Below, one piece after another: positions 13,932-24,765 of a DNA stretch of 64,000 nt. The translations under genes and the position numbers were made by a program. The notes below the pieces were generated by a model. It worked only from the letters and a program-made list of their open reading frames with translations, was not told the origin of the DNA and made no database searches. This DNA comes from Podarcis pityusensis (taxonomy: Eukaryota). The stretch lies in assembly GCA_964106645.2 (NCBI GenBank), contig OZ067046.1; one strand, 5' to 3'. Each line of letters begins with the position of its first letter. The first letter of the stretch is position 1.

Positions 13932-14052
13932 TGGGAACCCAAGGCAGCATACATGTAGTTCCCACGGTATCACCGAGCTGAGCACCGTAGAGACCCAGAC
14001 TTGCTTAGCTTCAGCAAGGTGATAGCATTTCTTCTACAACTGAGCTATGGTT
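13932..14052 (-). mobile_element. Second, more decayed copy of the 5S-derived SINE
   Basis: The minus strand CACCTTGCTGAAGCTAAGCAAGTCTGGGTCT...GTGGGAACTACATGTATGCTGCCTTGGGTTCCCAT is colinear with 40411-40578. Confidence 0.6.
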
Positions 14053-14954
14053 GGAAGTGAAAGTGATGGCCACTCTGTCCTATTATTCCCCATGTTTTCT
14101 TAACGCAGATTCATCCTGAAACAAATAATTATCAAGTCCTTCCCTGGTTTTTTTGTTGTGAACTGCCTTGAGGTCTGCGGGTATTGACATGAATGTAAGA
14201 AAATAAACCAACAGTATGGACCAATGCTCTGAGTGACCCAAAAGATTTCCATGTTCCTACTATGAAAATGCCATTCAGAATGTCAGAAGTACTGATATTG
14301 AACAGAAGGATTTTAATAAGTTTTAAATTCAGCATGAATACAGCCTGCAAACACAATGTTTTCCATTCCTGTCTGATACTCATAACAATTAAATTATCAA
14401 ATGTCTCTCAAAATGTATTTTTAATTTCAGTAATGGCTATATTTTCTCAACACTGTAGTGTAGGTGAAATTACTCTTCAGTTCAAGAAACATGATGAACG
14501 CACATTTTAAATGTTAAATATAAGGATAGACTGTGCTGGAGTTTAACAATGAACGTTATAAATCTTTTCTGATGAGCTAACCATTAAAAACTGATTCATC
14601 TCTCAGCAAGGGGTAGAATTCATGTGAAAAACAAAACAATTATAGGTCTGAAGAAAAATTATTCACTTTTTTGGGTGGTTCTCCTTTAATGTATATCAGT
14701 TCCTTATTTAATTTAAACATGATGGGAGTAAATCTGGAGTAATAAGCAATTATCTGACCAATGTGCATGCACTGAAAGTGCAAAGTGTACCTACTCACTG
14801 TAGTTTAACAACCCTAGACAATAATAGCATGTCAAATGAAAACTCCACCTGCTACGAATACACTAAAATGTGAAGTGACAATTCCTGGGTTTGTGCCTGC
14901 AAGAACTTCCAGTTACCTCAAGCAATGAGATGATCCAGGTATGAAGCTACTGGG

Positions 14955-15110
14955 CTCAGTTACTGACAGGGGTGGACAATTGCATGACCAGGCGGTGACA
15001 GCCCCAGCCCCCAGGGATCATAAGGAAGGAATAAAGACTCTGACAACGTTATATGGAATTAAAATTAGGCCACAACTTTATTAAACTTCCGAATGTAGGA
15101 AGACCTACAT
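14955..15110 (-). mobile_element. Fragment of a related LTR-like element
   Basis: It shares GGCCACAACTTTATT (minus strand AATAAAGTTGTGGCC) with the 31552-32335 element, and ends next to the MITE at 15120. Confidence 0.45.
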
Positions 15111-15119
15111 TCCAGTGTA

Positions 15120-15357
15120 CAGTGGTACCTCGGGTTAAGTACTTAATTCGTTCCGGAGGTCAGTTCTTAACCTGAAACTGTTAACCTGAAGCACCATTTT
15201 AGCTAATGGGGCCTCCCGCTGCCACTGCGCCACAGAGCACAATTTCTGTTCTCATCCTGAAGCAAAGTTCTTAACCTGAAGCACTATTTCTAGGTTAGCG
15301 GAGTCTGTAACCTGAAGTGTCTGTAACTTGAAGTGTATGTAACCTGAGGTACCACTG
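15120..15357 (+). mobile_element. Tigger/pogo-type MITE, same family
   Basis: Same TIRs, TA TSD, colinear with 7238-7476. Confidence 0.93.
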
Positions 15358-16504
15358 TATAATTTTTTATGAAATTAATAATAATAAATTGATTTATGAA
15401 TATGGAATATTGCCTCTATTGTAGGGATTTTATCTCCGTCTTGGGCAGAATTTCTAATTTAGATAAAGACTACCCATATCACTAATCTCAGATGTGTGGA
15501 CCTTAGATACAAACACTCATTATATGGTGAACTTCTTGACATTTAGCAGAGTGGGATAGCAAACAGAATCAAATTCAATAATGATGGAAAAGTGTAGGGT
15601 GGGTGTTATAGATGAAGTATGAGGCAGTACACAAATCCTCCGCCCCAAGCTTTCTTTCCAGCCTGGTGGTACATGTATGCATTATGAAGAAATTCCTGTG
15701 GTTTATACCTCATTATGCAGCTATGGAATATTTCACAACATTTTAAGCTGCAAGCCCTGCAAAGCAGCAGCTTTGAATCATGACCACTAGCTACTGATTA
15801 GCCCATTTGGCTTGTCACCACCTAAGGCATTTGTGAGGTGAAATGTTTCTTGAACTATGTAAACAAATAACTGTAATTTCCATTTAATTGAATGTTGACC
15901 TTGGACTGCAGTTATAATTGACTTCATGACTAGATGATGCCTAGGCTGGCAACTGGCACAAACATGCTGTAAGAGGGTGTGTGAACTTTGTTTATTATAG
16001 GTTCACTCACATTTGTACCTAGTGCACTGCAGTAAGTCCTATATAGCTTCTTCTTTTGCCTACAATACAATTATCAAAGGCAACGTAATTTACAAGGAAA
16101 AACTATTAGAAGACCTGGAAGCATATGAAATACAAATGAAAAAGATCCTCACTTGAAATAGATGCCAGCCCCTGCTACAAGCATCACCTAAGGGTTTTTT
16201 AAAAATAAAAAATACATAACATTCAGTGACTATCTAGAACCATTATTATCATGATAAGAAAAGGATACTAATTGACAGTCAATATGGTGCTCATGGGTGT
16301 CTGCTCATGCAGTCTCCCTGCAGTCCTCCTCCCATTTATCTGCAAAATCTGCTCCAGAAGAGACTCTGAAGTAAATTGGAGTGCATGTATGGGAGAGAAG
16401 AGAAACTGAAAGTCCTGTTTCATAGCACTAGCAGATTTCTGTTGCACGGGTGGATGGTCATCACTGGATGTCACCCACTGGTTTAAACGTATATCAATAT
16501 TAAA

Positions 16505-16881
16505 GGGACGCGGGTGGCGCTGTGGTCTAAACCACTGAACCTCTTGGGCTTGCTGATCGGAAGGTCGGCAGTTCGAATCACCGCAACAGGGTGAGCTCCC
16601 GTTGCTCTGTCCCAGCTCCTGCCAACCTAGCAGTTTGAAAGCATGCCAGTGCAAGTAGATAAATAGATACCACTGCGGCAGGAAGGTAAATCGCATTTCC
16701 ATGCGCTCTGGCACTTGTCACGGTCCTCCTTGCACCAGTAGCAGTTTAGTCATGCTGGCCATATGACCCGGAAAGCTGTATGTGGACAAACGCCGGCTCC
16801 CTTGGCCTGAAAGCGAGATAAGCGCCACAACCCCATAGTCGCCTTTGACTGGGCTTAACCGTCCAGGGGTCCTTTACCTTT
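16505..16881 (+). mobile_element. Sauria SINE, full length, different subfamily in the 3' half
   Basis: The head GGGACGCGGGTGGCGCTGTGG has B box GTTCGAATC, and the tail is CCTTTACCTTT. A 14-bp TSD TATATCAATATTAA sits at 16490-16503 and 16888-16901. Confidence 0.95.
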
Positions 16882-17932
16882 TATATATATATCAATATTA
16901 ATTCCTCATTGTTGCAATGAGGCATGATGTTGATCTGTTTCCATAGTACTGGAAAGAGAAAACAGTTAACAAAAATATATCAACTCCGGTATCTATTACC
17001 TCATTTTGATTTCTGAACTCTGATGTTCAGCTTTGCAAAGCTAAGACGCACAGAAAATACATAACATGCAAACAGCAGGTACATATTCCTAAAATTTTAG
17101 GCATTATATGCTAGTGAGGCCTGATCAACCATGGGTCCCCTGTGTATGCCCACTCAGCAAAATATGATCTCCCCTTAAGTTTTTTGCTTTTGTTTCGTAT
17201 TTGATGCAAGAAACCACTGGTGTAACATCTTAGCAAGCACTGCAATCACAGTTGTCACATAAAGCAGATCTAACTTACCCAAATTAATTTCCAGTGTTCT
17301 CTGTGTTAGTGTCCCTAGAACTTGTTTAAAACTTCCCTCCCTGACCCAGGTGCTTTTCATGTCTGGATGAATCCTTGAATGTATGGCATTAAAAGTTATC
17401 TGAAGAAAATAATGGGTTTTGTTATAGCATCACAGACCCATAATCACTGTAGCACACTTTGTCTGATGGTAGCAGCAACACCCAAGGTCTCAAAAAAATT
17501 GCAAGCCTGGATAGTTGTACGATTACCAACTACCCAAAGTAGACATTAAGGTGAATTAAATAGAAGGTGGCTTCAAGGTGAATTGAGTACAATTATTTGC
17601 AGGAACCTATGCTGAAATCCAGCTCAACTCAACTTCCTTTTCCATCTTTCCTGACTATACTAGTATTCGTAGTTATGTTCCAAAGACTTGGTAGAAAGAA
17701 ACAGTCCACTTTCAGAATGTTTTAAGACCTTGTCTGAATCTTCTCTCTAAGTTGCATAGAGTTATAGGGTCAATTTGGTTCTCACTTTCTTCCTTTGGAG
17801 GCTGATGGAACCTACATATGGTGGGGCATCTACAAGATCAAGTGGGTGACACCTAGGATATTTCAGTCGTATGCTCACTTCTCAGCTAAATGCACAGGAC
17901 TGTGCTATTAACCACACCCTAAGAAATGCTTC

Positions 17933-18015
17933 TTAGGGAGTGCCTGGCGTGCTCTGGTCCATGGGGTCACTAAGAGTCGGACACGACTAAACGACTAAAC
18001 AACAACAACAACAAC
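17933..18015 (+). mobile_element. Bov-B 3'-terminal fragment (~83 bp)
   Basis: GGAGTGCCTGGCGTGCTCTGGTCCATGGGGTCAC...GACTAAACGACTAAAC(AAC)n matches the 3' end of the copy at 44494. A 12-bp TSD AAGAAATGCTTC sits at 17921-17932 and 18016-18027. Confidence 0.95.
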
Positions 18016-19005
18016 AAGAAATGCTTCATCAGTGGCATAAACAAACATATTTTTAAAAATTGTTCAGTGGTGCTCTCTTAAGCCTGTAAAATAATTGTAA
18101 GGAAAGCCACCAACTACTGAATGAATTGGCCAATTGGCTTGTTTCCTTGTTCAATACAGGAAAGAGCGCAATGCAACCTATTCTCAGGTAGATGGACAGA
18201 GGATTACAGGCAGCATTCATCATTCATCCAAATAAAACTATAGCAATTGCTTCATTATCATACAGTGAGCTTCATGCCTGAAGCTTTTATCCTTGATCTC
18301 TCACACCCTAGTCCAACACTCTAATCATTATACCACACTAGAATGTTACATGATTAGGCCTGCTCTGTTATTGTATGCTCCCCAACTTCTAACTCGTCCG
18401 CTAGGTAAGGTGGGGGGGGGCCTTCCCCCACCATTCTGGACATCTTTAGGTACTAGTTGTTTCTATGACAACATAGTCATTTTTTTAGACTCTAAATTTT
18501 AGAGCATGATGTGCCTTGGATGTGCCTATTAACTTAACCAAGAGACCAGTTTGACAGACTCCAATCCTACAGGGAAGGGAATCAAAAACATCATTCCCCC
18601 TCCCAATCCTATAACATTATCACCTCTGCCCCCCACCCCCCAATCACACACACTGCTTGAGTGCTTGCACTCAAGTAAGGAAATAAATATGGCTTCTTTC
18701 TGTCCCCACCTTAACCGCCACACTGCTGAAAGGGAATGATCTGCGCAATTGTAAATGAGCAATCAACCACATGGTGGCTTAGAATGGACTGGGAACAAAC
18801 TGCACTCCAGGCAGCTTATAAGTTGGTGCTTCAAGGTGTGGCTTCTGAGAGAGAAAACAGCAGGATGAGAGGACAAGAGAATCTTCCTGCCCACCCTGCA
18901 TAGCTTGTGAGATAGTTGTTTGGTGTGTGGGTGTGGGTGTGTATACCTCTTGGGTCATTGGAAATGTGTTGATATTGTTGTGGGTGACAAGAGAAAATAT
19001 GGAGC

Positions 19006-19755
19006 ATGGCTCTGAAGGCTTACCTCCTTAACTTTGCAAACAAGGTGTTGCCTCAAAGAGGGTTGTATTTAACTGACATTGTTTTTCATAGACTCCCAGA
19101 TTTAACATGGAAAATTACTAAAGGTGTCAGTGATAACCATTATCTAAATGGCACCAACGTGATGGAAATAAAGAATAGCTTAATAAATGTAAGTAGGAAA
19201 GCCAAGTGGAGACTAATACCAATGTCACCTATGTTGTTTACAGACTATCTGAAAGCAGGTTCCCACAAATGGAATAAAAATGACAAAGGTTTAGACACTA
19301 GAGATCTACACATACCATTGAGGTTTTATCAGATGAGATAATCTTGAGGAATTAATGTTTTCAATAAGAGAACTGAAGCAAGAAGGGTAAAGGTTAAGCT
19401 ATGAACACAAAGCCAGCAAACATAATGTAGCAGCATCTTGATCAGAAAGAAATATTGCATTCTACACTCCAGTGAAATGTGCTGAAGAATTTAAATGCTT
19501 GTGTGCAGAGTTGCAAATGGAAAAAAGCAGGCAAATACTTAAACGTGCTTGGAGTGGAATGCTTTCAAACGCCCCACAGTTTTCTGAAGGGTTGACTCTG
19601 TTCAGAAGTTTACAGAATGTTTTGCATATCAACAACGTGCAGAATAAAGACCAAAGCTTCTATACAGAGCCATTTATATAGGCATCAAAAGAGATATCAA
19701 ATATCACTGGATAATTTCAAGAAGACGCAGGACCCACGAATGCCTTCATGACAGC
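19006..19755 (+). pseudogene. Possible decayed DNA-transposon (hAT-like) coding relic
   Basis: A 111-aa ORF is followed by a second long frame broken by a few stops. The peptides FYTPVKCAEEFKCLCAELQMEKSRQILKR and LEWNAFKR are reminiscent of hAT transposases; no catalytic motif is certain. Confidence 0.3.
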
Positions 19756-20329
19756 TAAATAGGTTAGATTATTCTGAAACTATATAGTGTGGCTCTTTAG
19801 ACTTGGGAAGTCTACGTATGGTTATGGACAACACATGCACAAGTTTATGCTAGACTATGATACTTTATAAACTGCTTTGAGGGTTTTTGTCATTTTTTCC
19901 AATCAAGCAGTATGCAAATTTTATGAAATAAATAAATAAATGCTTGCTGAATGAGTTTAGACGTCAACTTTGTGCCAACTTCAGCACAGCTTCTCCAGCA
20001 TGCTCACTATTTTCTTCTCTATTTAAATGTAAAACAAGAGGAGAGAACTACAGTATATTGTACCAACAACCCTATGTAGAACCTGCTGTTAAGGTTTGTA
20101 ACAATTGAAACACTGATTGTTTTGACTTGATCTTTTTAGTAAGCACATATATTTATTTTTGTCATTATTCAGCTTACTAGAGGACACCAATTTTCTCTTT
20201 CACAGATTGCACCATTTTTTTTGTCTCTTGCATTTTGCATATTTTCTCGGATTACTATTCACATGTATGATCTATGCAGTCCCTTAAAATCATCATGCTC
20301 TTTTATCCATGTTCAGCCATAATGAATTA

Positions 20330-20600
20330 GGCTCCATATGCACTGTACATTTAAAGCAATATCAAACTACTTTAAACAGTCATGGCTTCCCCTGAAGAAT
20401 CCTGGGGGCTATAGTTTTTGCAGCTGCTGAGAGTTGTTAGGAGACCTCATTCCCCCTCACGGAGCTTCAGTTCCCAGTGTTTCCTGGAAAGAGGGACTGA
20501 TTGTTAAACTACTCTGGTTATCACAGCTCTGTGAGGGGAATGGGGTCACCTAACAACTCTCAGCACCCTTAACAAACTACACAAACAACAAATTGGGATG
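20330..20600. mobile_element. Long-palindrome non-autonomous DNA element
   Basis: Arms 20410-20466 and 20525-20581 are inverted complements (TGCTGAGAGTTGTTAGG.GACC.CATTCCCC.TCAC.GAGCT). A related relic lies near 51480-51625. Confidence 0.75.
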
Positions 20601-21574
20601 ATTGGAACCAATAACTTGCACTACAGAAAGTTCTGGCAGAGAAAGAAATTCATCTTACCCTGCCCAAAACCTGGACTGGAGTGCAGCATATGGAACAGAT
20701 TCCACAATGAACTCTCAGCCTGCTAGGCTTCTCTGGGCCCACTCCAAAGCAGATGGCAGATATTGCCACCTGCTCTGCATGCTGGAGTCAGTAGGGCCAA
20801 ACTAGACAATGCAAGGAATGTGCGATCGTATCGCACATGTCTTGTTTAAATTAAACAAACAATAGAAGGAAAGTATTGAGAAAAGGAAAATCGGGAGAAG
20901 GGGGTTGAGTCGCAGCATGGTCCTGCCGAACATTCCCCTCAGCTGTTATTCGCCATGAAAGGGAAGGTGCCATCAGTGCCACGGGCTTCTTTCCTCTAGG
21001 AACGAACATCTCCTTTGCTTTACAACCCTTCCTTTTCACTGCATTCCTCATAGCCACCTTCCCGCAAAGAGCTGCTAGCTTTTACGCTAGATCATACATT
21101 TCTCAAATCATCATCTCAGAATGGGGGATGCCTAGCGTAGCCCAAGACAGATATTTGGGTGTACGCATACCCTTCAACATTCTGCAAGAAAACAGGGACA
21201 TTCTATGCTTTTAGAATGGAATGTTCCTATTTTTTCATGAGGATGAATTTTGGAGAGTGTGGTATGAGGCCTCTGATATGCAAGGGGAAAGTGATGTTGC
21301 TGTATGCTTGGTGGTCCAGAGGACTTGGATAAAAGCCTCATATGGCCTGATGTGGCCCATGGGACCACATGACTGTGAAAGCCCTTTCTACTTCAAACTG
21401 CTGAACATCTTCAGAAGATCCCTTGGACTATGCTAGTCATTCACCTCTAATCTGCTCCTAGGGCTCTGACTGTTTGCCTTAGTACCTAGGAAGCAGGCAC
21501 AGTACATGTCTCTGGCCTACATGTCTGAAAGAGAATTACTTCCAAGGCAGAAGCAGAAAGGATGGGGCAGCTAT

Positions 21575-21870
21575 GATATTATTTATTTCTTGAAAAGATC
21601 TGGATGACTCACTCTTCGTCAATACCAGGGCAAAGTCCAGAACTCAACATTAAACAGCCCACCAGATCATAAAATAAGCAACAGTGCATACTAATATATT
21701 TAAGCAGCCAAACACATAGAACAGGTTAAACAATCATCATCTTACAAAACTTTAAATACCTAGGCAAATAAAAAAAAAGTCTTAATCTGGAGCTAGGATA
21801 ATAATAATGTTGATGCCAATTGTACCTGTAAAGGGGAAGTTCCAGAGATGGGGCTTCACCACCAAAAGTG
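21575..21870 (-). mobile_element. L2 3' end, degenerate
   Basis: ATTTATTT tail, AATACCTAGGCAAATAAAAAAAAAGTCTT, GGAAGTTCCAGAGATGGGGC. Confidence 0.5.
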
Positions 21871-22317
21871 CTCTTCTTAACAGTTGTATTTTCTTGTAGT
21901 GAAAACCATCAAGTGAAACACTCTACAAACCATTCCTTAGGTGAATTATGAAATGCATGCAGACTTTTCTGTGGCATCTCTCAGATTAAGTTATTACAAG
22001 CCTTTGCCTCCATCTCCTTCAGGTCTTGTAAAGCTGCAATTTGGACACAGAAAATACAGATGATGCAAAGCACAGGCTACTGAGGGAACACTTACTAGCA
22101 TGCAATTTCAGAAAATGTAATTCCTGCCAATAAAATTTGAGGTTAAAAAGAGCATATTGGCAGGTGCGGGAGGGTCTCTTGAGATCTGATGCAGAGGAAG
22201 TTTTATCTAAAGGAGGTGCAGCATGGTGGAGTTAGTGCCCTTCAGACATTGTTATTATATTGAGAAATCCCATAGATGATGCAGGATTAATACAATCATC
22301 TTTCAGACAGCGAAATA

Positions 22318-22760
22318 GAGGTGGGGCAGTAATTCAACTCAGTGTACCTTTAAAGGTGAACTTTTCTAATTCACACTTTCTGAAACAATATGTGAACTGA
22401 AACACAGCTGTCCTTCAAAAATAGACATTACTCCAAATTTGGCAATTTAGTTTTCCAAACAAACATTATGACCAAAAATGTATATAGTTGGGTGAAATGT
22501 GCATAAAAATGCATAAGTGAAAATAACATAAAAAATATTAAGGCAGATTGCTTGCAGAAATGTGTATTATAGTCAAAACTGCATAGGAAAAATATGTTTT
22601 TAAATGAGAAATTAGTGCTAAAATGCTGACAAATTCTCATGAGTATTTTTTTTAAAAAAATAATAATAATCACAAATTCTTACAAAAATGTGAAGAACTG
22701 AAAATAAGATTGGAAAAAAGAGAAACAGAGCCCAAAACTGAGAGTTTCATCCAGTCCTAC
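22318..22760. mobile_element. Same AT-rich element family, opposite orientation
   Basis: Reverse complement of 8522-8961 (AAAATGC repeats, CTTAAGATTGGAAAA-like end). Confidence 0.6.
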
Positions 22761-23357
22761 TACTGTGACAGTCTTCAGAAGAGATATGAAGTGTAATCTA
22801 TGCATCTTTACTTGGAAGCAAGTCCCACTCTGTTCAATGGAGCTTACTCTAAATAAGTGTGAAGAGGATGACAGGCTGAAAATCTTTCACCTTTTCCTCA
22901 CTGCTCTGGATATTCAGGGCAAAGGTGTATAAAGGCTGAGTATCATTATTTTTTAAGATAGAAAACAGATGTAAAGTGCCCCAAGATTATCATACCAGAT
23001 ATATTTTAATAACATATGCATAATCAAAACAACTTCTGTTGGCCACAACTGTACAGGAATTCTAACGCTGATGTGAGCTCTTGTCAACTTTCTGAAGGCT
23101 CCCTTTCTGCAAGGTCTCTTTCACATTTACCTGATTTAGAACCTCCGGTTAGAAAGAGAAAGTAAAAATAAACAAAGCAAGCCCACAAAGCTGTTAGAGG
23201 AATTCAGAGCAGCAGACCAAGCTTACATAACAGCTACAGCTGAGATGATAGAAATGACTCTTGCTATATCACATTATCTTTCCATAAAGTCTAATCCCAG
23301 GTGACACCGCTCTGCCAAGGTTAAAGCAATTCACCTGGCATGTCTACTTTAGCCTTT

Positions 23358-23384
23358 ATTTGCATCTGCTATGCAAATGAGTCA
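23358..23384. promoter_or_regulatory. Inverted POU octamer pair plus AP-1 site (candidate enhancer core)
   Basis: ATTTGCAT-CTGCT-ATGCAAAT overlapping TGAGTCA, in repeat-free sequence. Confidence 0.4.
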
Positions 23385-23815
23385 GCAAACGTCCAGCGAG
23401 CTCATTCACAAGGCTTGGTTACCAGAGCAAAAACAAAATTGATTGCCATCATTAACATTGAATGTTTTTAAAATATTTGAAAATGTAACATTCAGTGTAG
23501 GTTACATAAGCTCTCAACAGCTACATAAAATATCCATGGTTATACCAGAGGTAGCCGACGATTACTAGACTATAAATCCCATTGTCCTGGACCAAGGACC
23601 ATGCTGGCTGGGGCTGATGGACATTGTAGTTCAACAGCATCTGGAGAGCAATATGCTGATTACTCCTGGAATAGACAATGCATACCATCTTTATTTTCAC
23701 TATGTAAAACTGGCATCTTTTTCAAAATGGTTAAATCTGCTTTTATTTCACAACAACAACTACCATTGCAACTAGAAAGCAATTCCACATTTTCTTCATA
23801 TTCTGCATAAGTATA

Positions 23816-24054
23816 CAGTGGTACCTTGGTTCTTGAACTTAATCCATTCCGGAAGTCCGTTCAACTCCTGAAACCGTTCGAAAACCAAGGCGCGGCTTCC
23901 GATTGGCTGCAGGCGCTTCCTGCACTCAAGTGGAAGCCACGTCGGACATTCAGCTTCTAAAAACATTCGAAAACTGGAACACCTATTTCTGGGTTTTCGG
24001 CGTGGGAGCTGATTTGTTCGGCAACTAAGCCATTCGAGAACCAAGGTTCCACTG
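23816..24054 (+). mobile_element. Tigger/pogo-type MITE, sister family
   Basis: TIRs CAGTGGTACCTTGGTTCTTGAA / TTCGAGAACCAAGGTTCCACTG, TA TSD, different interior. Confidence 0.9.
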
Positions 24055-24180
24055 TAATCATTATAATCATAATTTCATCAGATAACACATGAAGTGGGCA
24101 AGTATGAACTGGGCCATGTTTGGCATCTTTTATACATGGCCTAGTTCTTGCTCATGGTATGAGTTCCATGTAATAATCCT

Positions 24181-24371
24181 GGGGTGCATGGTGTTAGGGG
24201 AAGGGTAGTACATCTGCTGGGGGCCACGTCATGCTCCTTCTGGGTTAGTTTGTCCACTTTTCGTCCCCACCCTGCACTCAGCTCTTATCTGTGGCTCCTA
24301 GAAGCAGTCAGCATGCGACAGTGGCCACACCTTAGGAATGGCTTCAACTGACTGGCTAAACCAGGTGAGGG
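24181..24371 (+). ncRNA. Candidate HDV-like ribozyme relic
   Basis: Nested P1/P2/P3 pairings in HDV order, GG after P1, and GGCTAA before the 3' strand of P2 (see findings). Confidence 0.45.
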
Positions 24372-24725
24372 TAGCCGATGGGTCTTAAACCCTCAGTGAG
24401 TTAGGGGCTTCCCCTGCATGAGAAGACAAGCTGCCATGGATTGCGCGGACAAGACCAATAGTGGGTCCAACAGTCAAGCTGGTGGTTTCTGTACATGCTG
24501 TAGATGGAAGTGAGAGACAGATGGAGCTCACCCACTTGGGAAGGTGGCCCATGTAAGAGAATGAAAGCTCTGATTCTAAACCTCTGCTGCCTTGTGATAT
24601 ATCCTCAGGAGAAGAAAAAGCTAAGGAGTAAACCCTGCACAAATCCGGAGTGGAGTCCCTAAGATGGTTGGACGGCACCTTGTGCACCTCCTTCTGGCAA
24701 CTCCTGCAGTCTAGCTAGTGCCAAA
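24181..24725 (+). mobile_element. 5' region of an RTE/Vingi-like non-LTR retroelement (no ORF retained)
   Basis: A GC-richer block with motifs I recall from vertebrate RTE-type 5' UTRs (GGCTAAACCAGGTGAGGGTAGCC, CTCTGATTCTAAACCTCTGCTGCCTTG, GGAGTAAACCCT.CACAAATCCGGAGTGGAGTCCCTAAG). The clade assignment is from memory. Confidence 0.6.
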
Positions 24726-24732
24726 TATAATA

Positions 24733-24763
<31 letters not shown>

Positions 24764-24765
24764 TA
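24726..24765. repeat. (TAA)n microsatellite / retroelement tail
   Basis: Direct reading. It lies between the RTE-like block and an antisense L2 tail remnant (CTGCCCATCTGGCTGGGTTT). Confidence 0.9.

Noticed and set aside
16268-16714. 148-aa minus-strand ORF
   Set aside because: It is an antisense reading of a Sauria SINE plus flank.
20659-20802. Minus-strand exon candidate with GTAAG donor
   Set aside because: Stop codons occur in all three frames.
24219-24227. GGGGGCCAC identical to the start of the CPEB3 ribozyme
   Set aside because: The downstream sequence does not follow CPEB3. The better P1 is GGGGTG/CACCTT, so the 9-mer match is treated as coincidence.
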